From an uncultured Candidatus Saccharibacteria bacterium (GTDB taxonomy: Bacteria; Patescibacteriota; Minisyncoccia; Minisyncoccales; CAZBVF01), in the NCBI GenBank assembly GCA_964553275.1, contig CAZKKG010000001.1, positions 36,993-100,992 on the forward strand: a DNA stretch of 64,000 nucleotides. The letters are read 5' to 3'. Positions 45,085 through 52,778 of this stretch are shown here, in pieces. The notes beneath the pieces were generated by a model. The model had not been told where the DNA came from, did no database searches, and saw only the letters and a program-made list of their open reading frames with translations. The position numbers were made by a program, and so were the translations under genes. How positions within the stretch are numbered: position 1 is the stretch's first letter; the number at the start of each line of letters is the position of its first letter.

Positions 45085-46023
45085 TTACCACAACCTCAAC
45101 TCTCCCCCAGCATTATTTTCCCCCGCTTCTGGCAAATGTTTAATAATACTCTCAAAACCAAAATCCTTTAAGGCTTCCGCTGCCTGCTCTCTGTTGCATC
45201 CTCGCCACCGGCAGTCATTTAAATTAAACTTCAAGGGTACATTCAACTCTATCTGAGCAAGTTCTCTGCTGAACAAGACTTGGTCCTTAGATTTAATTAG
45301 GATTTCTTTCAGTTTCGGCTTTAAAGATTGTGCCTCCTTGCTGTCTCTTTCCAAATGCTCGTAAAGTTCATCAACGGTAGCAAATTTCTTAATTAAATCC
45401 ACAGCTGTCTTTTCCCCTATTCCCGGAGCTCCGGGAATGCTATCAGAAGGATCTCCTCTCAATGCTTTGTAATCAATCATTTGTTCGGGATCAAAGCCGT
45501 ATTTTTCCTTCACGGCTTTTTTGTCGTAAAGAGTTGCTTCGCTCACTCCTTTCTTCAAACTGCAAACTCTTGTGTTTTCGTTAATCAACTGCAGAACATC
45601 TGAATCACTGCTTAAGATAATGGTTTCTATCTCGGGAAATACTTGTTTTAAAGAAAATTTATGGCCCAAAGTCCCAATTAAGTCATCTGCTTCAAATCCT
45701 TCCTTTTCAAAAACAGAAACAGAAAGAGATTCCAGTACCTGTTTCACTTTTAGAATTTGATCATAAAGTTCTTTTGGTGCCCGAGGCCTTTTATCCTTAT
45801 ACTTCTTATATTTCTTGTGGCGGAAGGTGGGAGCAGGAAAATCGAAACAAGCCACAATAAAGTCAGGATTTAATTCTCTAATTGTTTTGAAAAAAACCAT
45901 GAAAAACCCATAGACAGCATTGGAAAGATTTCCTTTTTTATCGGTCAACGGGGGAAGGGCATGAAAGGCCCTGTGTATTACAGAATTGCTGTCAATTATT
46001 ACCAAACGTTTTTTCTTATTCAT
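45085..46023 (-). CDS. Stand-alone 5'-3' exonuclease/flap endonuclease (Pol I N-terminal-like)
   Basis: IIDSNS..HRAFHALP, TFRH...YK..R, EADD, DSD..QL, GDPSD.IPG.PGIGEKTA; no polymerase domain. Confidence 0.9.
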   Translation of the reverse strand: MNKKKRLVIIDSNSVIHRAFHALPPLTDKKGNLSNAVYGFFMVFFKTIRELNPDFIVACFDFPAPTFRHKKYKKYKDKRPRAPKELYDQILKVKQVLESLSVSVFEKEGFEADDLIGTLGHKFSLKQVFPEIETIILSSDSDVLQLINENTRVCSLKKGVSEATLYDKKAVKEKYGFDPEQMIDYKALRGDPSDSIPGAPGIGEKTAVDLIKKFATVDELYEHLERDSKEAQSLKPKLKEILIKSKDQVLFSRELAQIELNVPLKFNLNDCRWRGCNREQAAEALKDFGFESIIKHLPEAGENNAGGELRLW

Positions 46024-46505
46024 TTTAAAATTAAATCTTTAAATTTTTTAGAGTTTATCTTGATTTTCCTTGTCTTTTTATCTTCAAAAATAAAGTTTAT
46101 CAAAATCGGTTTTCCAGGCATGTTTTTCCCCATCTTTTCTGCCCATTCAACAAATACAATATTTCCAGGATTGCTTAAAATCTTCTCAAGCCCCAAGTCT
46201 AAAAGTTCTTTTGGTTTCTTAATCCTGTAGCAGTCAATATGATAGAAGTTTCTAAAAGATGATTTCCCGGCAATTTCTTTAGAAACCTTGAATCTCTTTA
46301 TTATAACAAAAGTAGGGCTTAATATCTTCTTTCTGATGCCGAGTCCCTTCGAAACCCCCTGGATAAAAGTTGTTTTCCCTCCCCCTAAATCGCCTAAAAG
46401 CCCCACAAAAAGGGCTTTCCTGCTTTTTATCTCAATCATTCTTTGGGCAAAGAGCTTCCCCAGTTCTTTTGTCTCGAGAGGCCCGGAGGTTGAATATTGA
46501 CTCAT
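46020..46505 (-). CDS. tsaE: tRNA t6A biosynthesis ATPase TsaE
   Basis: GDLGGGKTTF, SPTF, YHIDCYR, VEWAE. Confidence 0.95.
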   Translation of the reverse strand: MSQYSTSGPLETKELGKLFAQRMIEIKSRKALFVGLLGDLGGGKTTFIQGVSKGLGIRKKILSPTFVIIKRFKVSKEIAGKSSFRNFYHIDCYRIKKPKELLDLGLEKILSNPGNIVFVEWAEKMGKNMPGKPILINFIFEDKKTRKIKINSKKFKDLILK

Positions 46506-46591
46506 AAGATGAAATAGGTTAATTTAAAGGAATCAAATTGCAATCATAAACGGCAATGCAATTCGTTAACTTTCTCTTTTAATTGTACAAC

Positions 46592-47698
46592 ATGTTTCAA
46601 GAAGCTAAAAATCTAATTGAAAAATATCAAAATATCTGCATTTTTCTACCCGAAAAGCGCGAGCTTGCTTTAATGGAGGGAGATGTTTTTTGCGCCGGGA
46701 GCGCTCTTTTTTATACTCTAGAAAAACTTGGGAAAAAAACAAGTTTATTTTTCGAAAAGGTTCCAAAAAGATTTCAGTTTATATCAAGCAATAAATCTGT
46801 TATTTCCATTAAAACAAAAGATATTGACGAACTCTCTTATGAAAAGAATCAGTATGGCTTAAAGATTTTTTTAACATCTATCAAGGGACAAATTTCTCCC
46901 AAAGAAGTTTCTTTTACCCCTCAGAACTCTTTTCAAAATTGCCAAGAAGAACCGGAACTTATAATTGTATTGGGAGCGAAAAATTTAGAAGAAGTGGGGA
47001 AGAATTTCAGCAAAAATCCAGAAGTTTTTTACAAAACACCTATTTTGAACATAGACAACCGCACTTTTAATGAAAACTTCGGAGAGGTTAATTTGGTAGA
47101 GATTAAATCGTGTTCTTTGTGCGAAGTTGTGTTTGACTTAATCAAGGAGTTTGACGAAGGTCTTATAGATAAAAACATCTCTACCGCTCTCTTAACGGGA
47201 ATTGTCTGGACTTCAGAAAATTTCAGGACAGCCAGGACTAGGCCGGAAACATTCAAAAAGGCAAGCTCCCTTATCAAGAGAGGAGCCGACCATCAAAAAA
47301 TAATCCAACATCTTTACAAAACAAAAACCCTGGCTCAAATAAAACTTCTAGGCAGGGTTTTAGAAAAGCTGACTTTTAATTCTGAAAAAGAACTGTATTA
47401 CACCAGATTAACGGAAAAGGATTTTAAAGAACACGATGCTACTTCAAAAGACTTAGCAGAAGTTCTTCAGGAGCTAAAGTTCAATTTCGGAAATCAGATA
47501 TTTGCAAACCTCTTGTTATTATGGGAAAGCCATAATTCCCCTTCCGTGATCAAGGGGATTTTCTATTCGCTCCAAGAAAACTTAATTGAAAAAGTTCTAA
47601 AGTACTTTGAGGGAACTTCTAGGGGGAAAACAGCTCTTTTCTTAATTAGAGAAGAAGGTCTCGACAAAGCTTATCAAAAGTTTTTAGAATTAATATAA
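46592..47698 (+). CDS. DHH/NrnA-fold protein with degenerate catalytic motifs
   Basis: ILNIDNR (for IDHH), NENFG.VNLV, STALLTGI, GAD...I...LY; probable ATG at 46592. Confidence 0.7.
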   Translation: MFQEAKNLIEKYQNICIFLPEKRELALMEGDVFCAGSALFYTLEKLGKKTSLFFEKVPKRFQFISSNKSVISIKTKDIDELSYEKNQYGLKIFLTSIKGQISPKEVSFTPQNSFQNCQEEPELIIVLGAKNLEEVGKNFSKNPEVFYKTPILNIDNRTFNENFGEVNLVEIKSCSLCEVVFDLIKEFDEGLIDKNISTALLTGIVWTSENFRTARTRPETFKKASSLIKRGADHQKIIQHLYKTKTLAQIKLLGRVLEKLTFNSEKELYYTRLTEKDFKEHDATSKDLAEVLQELKFNFGNQIFANLLLLWESHNSPSVIKGIFYSLQENLIEKVLKYFEGTSRGKTALFLIREEGLDKAYQKFLELI

Positions 47699-47700
47699 AG

Positions 47701-48978
47701 ATGATCGTAAATATTCCCACTTCAATTCTAAAAGAGATAAAAGATATTCCTGACCTCAAAAGGAAAATAGAAAAGAATTTAAAGTCTTCTATTACTGAAC
47801 TATTGGAAATTATACTTGGGGGTGCGGTTGCTTTAAAAGCATCCGATTTACATTTCGAACCCCAAAAAGACCAAACAAAAATTCGCTTAAGGGTTGATGG
47901 TTTTTTGCAAGATATTACATTTTTAAACAACGACATTTATCAGAATGTTCTGTCTCGAGTTAAAATTCTTTCTAAAATTAAATTAAATATCACGGGCCGC
48001 CCTCAGCCGGGTCGTTTCACTATTTTCTTTAAAGACAAAGAAAAGGAAAATATTGAAGTAAGGGCCTCAACCCTGCCAACCGAAAACGGAGAGTCAATAG
48101 TACTGAGAATTTTAGACCCAAAGATGTTGATTGAAACAGAAAATCTCGGGCTAAGAAAAGACCTTTTAGATTTGTTTGAAAAAGAAATTCAACGACCTAA
48201 CGGGATGATAATCATTACCGGCCCCACAGGTTCTGGAAAAACTACCACCCTATATGCCTTTTTAAAAAAGATTCAGAAACCGGGGATTAAAATCATCACT
48301 ATTGAAGACCCTCCGGAGTATCAGCTTGAAGGAATTACCCAAACACAGGTAGATCAGTCTAAAAAATATACTTTTGCTTCAGGGTTGCAATCAATTATGC
48401 GCCAAGATCCCGATGTAATATTAGTTGGAGAAATCAGAGACTCTGAAACAGCGAAAATCGCTATTCAGGCTGCCCTTACCGGACATTTGGTCTTAACCAC
48501 CCTTCACACCAATGATGCTCCAGGCACCATAGCAAGGTTGGTAAGCTTAGAGGCAGAACCCGTAAACATAGGGCCTGCAATAAATATAGCAATTGCTCAA
48601 AGGTTAGTAAGAAAATTATGCCCCAAGTGCCGCCAAGTAAAAGAAGCCACCCCTGAAGAGATAAAAAGAATAAAGGATAGCTTAAAAAATATTCCAAAAG
48701 AGATAGGTGCCCCGGAGATTAAGGAAGGATTAAAGCTCCCTAAGGCAAAAGGATGTAAATACTGCAACTTTACTGGTTACAGGGAAAGAATAGGTATTTT
48801 TGAATCTTTCCTCGTGGATGAGGAAATAGAAAAGTTCATACTAAACAATCCTTCCATATCTTCATTAAGAGAAAAAGTTATTAAAAAAGGTATGGTAAAA
48901 ATGAAACAGGACGGATTAATCAAGGTTCTTAAGCAAGATACCACATTGGAAGAAATAGAAAGAGTGACCGGAAAATAA
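47701..48978 (+). CDS. GspE/PilB family secretion or pilus assembly ATPase (short N-terminus)
   Basis: ASDLHFEP, RLRVDG, GPTGSGKTTTLY, TIEDP, RQDPDVILVGEIRD, TGHLV.TTLHTN, CPKC...CKYC. Confidence 0.93.
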   Translation: MIVNIPTSILKEIKDIPDLKRKIEKNLKSSITELLEIILGGAVALKASDLHFEPQKDQTKIRLRVDGFLQDITFLNNDIYQNVLSRVKILSKIKLNITGRPQPGRFTIFFKDKEKENIEVRASTLPTENGESIVLRILDPKMLIETENLGLRKDLLDLFEKEIQRPNGMIIITGPTGSGKTTTLYAFLKKIQKPGIKIITIEDPPEYQLEGITQTQVDQSKKYTFASGLQSIMRQDPDVILVGEIRDSETAKIAIQAALTGHLVLTTLHTNDAPGTIARLVSLEAEPVNIGPAINIAIAQRLVRKLCPKCRQVKEATPEEIKRIKDSLKNIPKEIGAPEIKEGLKLPKAKGCKYCNFTGYRERIGIFESFLVDEEIEKFILNNPSISSLREKVIKKGMVKMKQDGLIKVLKQDTTLEEIERVTGK

Positions 48979-49050
48979 GAACCTGCCTCGCTGACGCTCG
49001 ACAGAATCTTGATTCGCCAAGGGATAAACATATATTCTTGAAATAAAACA
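48975..49050 (+). repeat. Dispersed repeat, copy 2 (overlaps the ATPase stop codon)
   Basis: ATAAGAACCT-GCCTCGCTGACGCTCGACA-GAATCTTGATTCGCCAAGG-N14-CTTGAA-ATAAAACAG. Confidence 0.75.
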
Positions 49051-49196
49051 GCCCCGGAGCTGGGGGGGAATGCTCTAGCTTTGGGATCTAAAGTTTAGAA
49101 TTTTTCTGAGGAGTGGCCTCGTCTATAAAACCAGGACATCCAGCTAAGAAAAACTCCTAAACCCCCAGCTCTGGAACTGTTTTATTTAAACAATGA
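49041..49196 (-). ncRNA. Candidate structured small RNA (6S-like or unknown)
   Basis: 26-bp terminal inverted repeat (49041-49066 with 49162-49187), inner stem (49093-49107 with 49147-49162), consensus promoter immediately upstream on the minus strand. Confidence 0.55.
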
Positions 49197-49202
49197 TAGA
49201 GT

Positions 49203-49231
49203 ATTATAGCAAAGTAAAATAACCTTGTCAA
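49203..49231 (-). promoter_or_regulatory. Consensus sigma70 promoter with extended -10, pointing away from ruvB
   Basis: TTGACA (49226-49231), 17 bp ending TGC, TATAAT (49203-49208). Confidence 0.85.
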
Positions 49232-49243
49232 GCACCCTAAACT

Positions 49244-50248
49244 ATGGAAACCTACCCTGAACCAATTAAAGAAGAAAATACGTTAGAGTCAACCCTACGG
49301 CCTGGTAGCTGGCAGGAATACATAGGTCAGGATAGGGTAAAAAAGAATATTAGGATAATTATTACAGCAGCAAAGCAAAGAAGAGAAATGCCGGAACATC
49401 TGCTTTTATACGGAAATAGCGGCCTAGGAAAAACTACCCTGGCTTATTTAATTGCAAAAGAAATGGGCGCTAGTATTCGAGTGACTTCCGGACCCTCTAT
49501 TGAAAGAGCGGGAGATCTAGCGGCAATTCTTACCAATCTTTCCCCCGGAGACATCCTCTTTATAGATGAGCTCCATCGCCTTAATAAGTTTTGTGAGGAA
49601 ATAATCTATCCTGCGATGGAAGATGCTAGACTAAACCTCATTCTCGGCAGAGGACCGATGGCAAGAACAATAAATCTGGAACTGCCTCCGTTCACCTTAA
49701 TCGGAGCCACAACTAAGATAGCCCTCTTGTCCCCACCTCTGCGCAACAGGTTCGGAGCAACTTTCCAACTTAACCTCTATACTCAAGAAAATATTGAAAG
49801 AATAATATCAAGGTCTGCAGGAATCTTGAAAGTAAAGACTTCTCCCGAAGCGACTAAGACAATTGCCGAAAGGTCTCGTTCCAATCCAAGGATAGCAAAC
49901 CGCCTCCTTAAAAGAGTCAGAGATTTTGCCCAAATTGAAGGCAAGGGCGTAATTGATTCCGATATATCTAAAAAAGCATTAGAATTTCTGGAGATAGATG
50001 ACTTCGGACTAGAACCGGCAGACCGTAGAATAATTGAAACGATTATTAAAAAATTTGAAGGCGGACCGGTAGGAATTCAGGCGCTGGCAGCAGCAACATC
50101 GGAGGAACAAGATGCTATTTTAGACATTTATGAGCCCTATTTAATGCAGCTCGGTTTTATTGAAAGGACTCCGCGCGGGAGAACAGCAACGAAATCGGCT
50201 TATCAGCACCTGGGAGTGAAGTACAGGGGAAAACAAACCTTACTTTAA
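49244..50248 (+). CDS. ruvB: Holliday junction branch migration ATPase RuvB
   Basis: LRP...EYIGQ, GNSGLGKTTLA, FIDELHRL, FTLIGATT, PRIANRLL.RVRD, EPYL, RTPRGR. Confidence 0.97.
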   Translation: METYPEPIKEENTLESTLRPGSWQEYIGQDRVKKNIRIIITAAKQRREMPEHLLLYGNSGLGKTTLAYLIAKEMGASIRVTSGPSIERAGDLAAILTNLSPGDILFIDELHRLNKFCEEIIYPAMEDARLNLILGRGPMARTINLELPPFTLIGATTKIALLSPPLRNRFGATFQLNLYTQENIERIISRSAGILKVKTSPEATKTIAERSRSNPRIANRLLKRVRDFAQIEGKGVIDSDISKKALEFLEIDDFGLEPADRRIIETIIKKFEGGPVGIQALAAATSEEQDAILDIYEPYLMQLGFIERTPRGRTATKSAYQHLGVKYRGKQTLL

Positions 50249-51039
50249 TGAAGGTTCTTAATTCAAGACCACATATTCATTCCTTAACGAATCAAGGTTC
50301 TCGAGCAGAGCGAGAGGTTCTTAAAAAAATCTGGCTTCCTTTGCTTATACTGACTGAATTAATATCAGCCGATTTTATTTCAGCAGATAACCCCTGCTTA
50401 GTCATTAATGAAATAGCTTGGATGGGAAACGCCTATTCCTACGCCGATGAATGGATAGAGCTTTACAACTGCAGTTCCTACGATATAAATGTTGAAGGAT
50501 GGATATTAAAAGCCCAAGACGGATCCCCTAATATAGGACTGCAAGGGATTATTCCTCCAAAAGGTTTTTACCTGCTCGAAAGGACAAACGACGAGACGTT
50601 GCCAGACATTACAGCTGATCTAATTTATTCCGGAGCGCTGGGAAATGAAGGCGAAACCTTGGAGCTTTATGACAATTGGAAAAATCCAATTGATAAAGTG
50701 AACTGTTCTTCGGGATGGTTCAAAGGAGACAATAAAAGTAAAAAGACTATGGAGAGAAAAGATGTTCAGAAAGGAGAGGCTTCTGCTAAAGACTGGCAGA
50801 CAAGCGAGATTATTGGAGGCACTCCAAAACAAAAGAACAGCGTTCCCGTTCAGAAACTAGAAATATTAAAAAATCAGGAAGAGAATCTCAAGGAGGATAA
50901 AGCGGTTGTTCTGCCTTTGGAAAAAGAGAGCTCTCCTTTTAAATATCTTATTCCCGCCTTGTTTTGCGCATTTTTTTCTTCAATAATAATATTAATTCTT
51001 AAAAAAACCGTTAAAAAAGTGTATAATAATCATATATGA
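50248..51039 (+). CDS. Lamin-tail-domain (LTD) surface protein with C-terminal TM; 21-aa repeat-derived insert near the N-terminus
   Basis: VINEIAW.G...DEWIELYN...GW.L...L.N.GE.L.L.D...GTP..N. Confidence 0.85.
   Translation: MKVLNSRPHIHSLTNQGSRAEREVLKKIWLPLLILTELISADFISADNPCLVINEIAWMGNAYSYADEWIELYNCSSYDINVEGWILKAQDGSPNIGLQGIIPPKGFYLLERTNDETLPDITADLIYSGALGNEGETLELYDNWKNPIDKVNCSSGWFKGDNKSKKTMERKDVQKGEASAKDWQTSEIIGGTPKQKNSVPVQKLEILKNQEENLKEDKAVVLPLEKESSPFKYLIPALFCAFFSSIIILILKKTVKKVYNNHI
50252..50324 (-). repeat. Dispersed repeat, copy 3, in frame inside the LTD gene
   Basis: Bounded by the direct repeat AGGTTCTTAA at 50252-50261 and 50315-50324 (63-nt period); reverse complement matches copies 1 and 2. 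Confidence 0.8.
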
Positions 51040-51755
51040 GCGGACACTCACACTGGAGTTCAATAAAATATCAGAAAAGCGCAACCGACGCTAAAAAAAG
51101 CAAGGCGTTTTCAAAATTAGCCCGTCTTATTGCTGTTGCCGCAAGAGAGAAAGGAGGGGATCCTAATTTTAATCCTAACTTAAGGATTGCCATTGAAAAG
51201 GCTCACTCTTTCAATATGCCCAAAGAAAAAATAGAGAATGCAATTAAGAAGGGTACCGGAGAACTTGAAGGAGTTTCGTTTGAAGAATTCACCTTTGAAG
51301 CTTACGGTCCCGGGGGGATAGCCATAATTATCGAGGGAATTACCGATAATAGAAACCGCTCTATAGGGGAAATAAAGCAAATCTTAGCTAAACACGGAGG
51401 AAAGTTAGCGGAAGAAGGATCCGTAAAATGGATGTTTGAAAGAAAAGGGTGTACTATTGTTAATACTCAAGAGCAAGATAAAGAAGACCTGGAACTAAAA
51501 GTAATCGAGGCAGGAGCGGAAGATACTTGCTGGGAAAAAGATTCCCTTGCAGTTTACATAAAAGTTGAAGATTTAGAAAAAGTTAAGAAAGAACTAGAAA
51601 ACAAGGGTCTTAAAATTGAGTCCTCCTCTCTTGAATGGGCAGCAAAGGAAAATATAGAGATCGACGAAAAGAATAAACAATCCTGCTATGAGCTATTTGA
51701 ACTTTTAGATGAGAATGATTCCGTGCAGGAAATATATTCAAACTTTTCATTTTAA
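51036..51755 (+). CDS. yebC: YebC/PmpR family protein
   Basis: MSGHSHW..IK, GGDP..NP.LR, NMPK..IE.AI, EAYGPGG, TDN.NR. Confidence 0.95.
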   Translation: MSGHSHWSSIKYQKSATDAKKSKAFSKLARLIAVAAREKGGDPNFNPNLRIAIEKAHSFNMPKEKIENAIKKGTGELEGVSFEEFTFEAYGPGGIAIIIEGITDNRNRSIGEIKQILAKHGGKLAEEGSVKWMFERKGCTIVNTQEQDKEDLELKVIEAGAEDTCWEKDSLAVYIKVEDLEKVKKELENKGLKIESSSLEWAAKENIEIDEKNKQSCYELFELLDENDSVQEIYSNFSF

Positions 51756-51808
51756 TGTTTGCTCGCCAAAATTCTTGAAACAAAACTTAGGCGAGCCCAG
51801 ATGTTTAC

Positions 51809-52303
51809 ATGATTATTATAGGCATTGATCCTGGCACAGCCATTACCGGATATGGAATTATCGAGAAAGACAAAAAATATCTTAAATGTCTGGAATATGG
51901 CTGTATTAGAACAGAACCCACCCTTCCGCAAGGAGAACGTCTTAAAAAAATAAATAGCGAGCTAAATAAGCTTATTAGAAAGCACCGTCCTGAAGTTATG
52001 GCAGTAGAGAATATCTATTTTTTTAAGAATCTCAAAACGGCAATGCCCGTAAGCCAGTCTAAGGGCATTATTTTATTCACGGCAGCAAAAAAGAAAATAC
52101 CGGTCTATGAATTTACTCCCCTTCAAGTAAAGATGACTGTAACCGGATTCGGAAGAGCGAGCAAAAAACAAGTGCAGGAAATGATAAAAGTTATTTTTAA
52201 ACTAGAAAAAATCCCCAAACCCGATGATGCTGCCGATGCCCTTGGTATAGCAATTTGTTGCGCAAACGCTCTTAATTATAAAGAGAGCATAAGGAGGGGT
52301 TGA
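51809..52303 (+). CDS. ruvC: Crossover junction endodeoxyribonuclease RuvC
   Basis: GIDPG, AVE, P..VK..VTG.GRA.K.QV, PDDAADAL. Confidence 0.96.
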   Translation: MIIIGIDPGTAITGYGIIEKDKKYLKCLEYGCIRTEPTLPQGERLKKINSELNKLIRKHRPEVMAVENIYFFKNLKTAMPVSQSKGIILFTAAKKKIPVYEFTPLQVKMTVTGFGRASKKQVQEMIKVIFKLEKIPKPDDAADALGIAICCANALNYKESIRRG

Positions 52304-52387
52304 CCCCGTAGTGAAAATTTGACATCCGCTCTTTCGGCGGAAAATAAATTTATGAAGCAAATTTCAGTCAAATTTCTACTACGGGGT
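52303..52387. mobile_element. MITE-like 85-bp element with 21-bp terminal inverted repeats
   Basis: ACCCCGTAGTGAAAATTTGAC ... GTCAAATTTCTACTACGGGGT (2 mismatches); GGGGTTGAC present at both junctions. Confidence 0.6.
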
Positions 52388-52416
52388 TGACATTATCTTT
52401 AAATAGACATTATAAT
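52387..52416 (+). promoter_or_regulatory. sigma70 promoter for the acidic protein gene
   Basis: TTGACA (52387-52392), 18 bp, TATAAT (52411-52416). Confidence 0.75.
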
Positions 52417-52494
52417 GGTTCTTGTAGATATCTTTTAACAATTCGTTAAAGTTAAAGGTCGAGAATAAAAAAAGAAAATATCATAGACAAAGTT

Positions 52495-52722
52495 ATGTTT
52501 TTAAACCAATTAGATAATTTCCCAGGCGACACTGAAGAGACTCCTGAAAAGACTCCCGAGACCCCGGAGGAAGAAACAGAAGAAGCTTCAACCGAAGAAG
52601 AGTCTCCTGAAAAAGAAACAGAAGAATCATCTGAAGAGGAAGAAGAAGACGATGGTGATGACGAAAAAGAGGAGAAGGAAAAAGAAGAAGAAGAGCCAGA
52701 AGAAGAAAGTGAAACTCTATAA
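52495..52722 (+). CDS. Small, extremely acidic, low-complexity protein
   Basis: 75 aa dominated by Glu; has its own promoter and terminator. Confidence 0.65.
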   Translation: MFLNQLDNFPGDTEETPEKTPETPEEETEEASTEEESPEKETEESSEEEEEDDGDDEKEEKEKEEEEPEEESETL

Positions 52723-52726
52723 AATT

Positions 52727-52751
52727 AAACCCCCGTCTTTCGGGGGTTTTA
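52727..52751. terminator. Intrinsic terminator, probably bidirectional
   Basis: AAACCCCCG-TCTTT-CGGGGGTTTT between convergent genes. Confidence 0.8.
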
Positions 52752-52778
52752 ACTTATATTAAAGTAAAACGACTTAAT

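Noticed and set aside
46536-46563. AATTGCA...TGCAATT inverted repeat between the divergent tsaE and DHH genes as an operator
   Set aside because: Only 7-bp AT-rich arms, a single instance, and no regulator nearby
52301-52303. Alternative genetic code (UGA = Gly) as in Gracilibacteria/Absconditabacteria
   Set aside because: Conserved genes such as ruvC, mutM and infC end at TGA at the expected length
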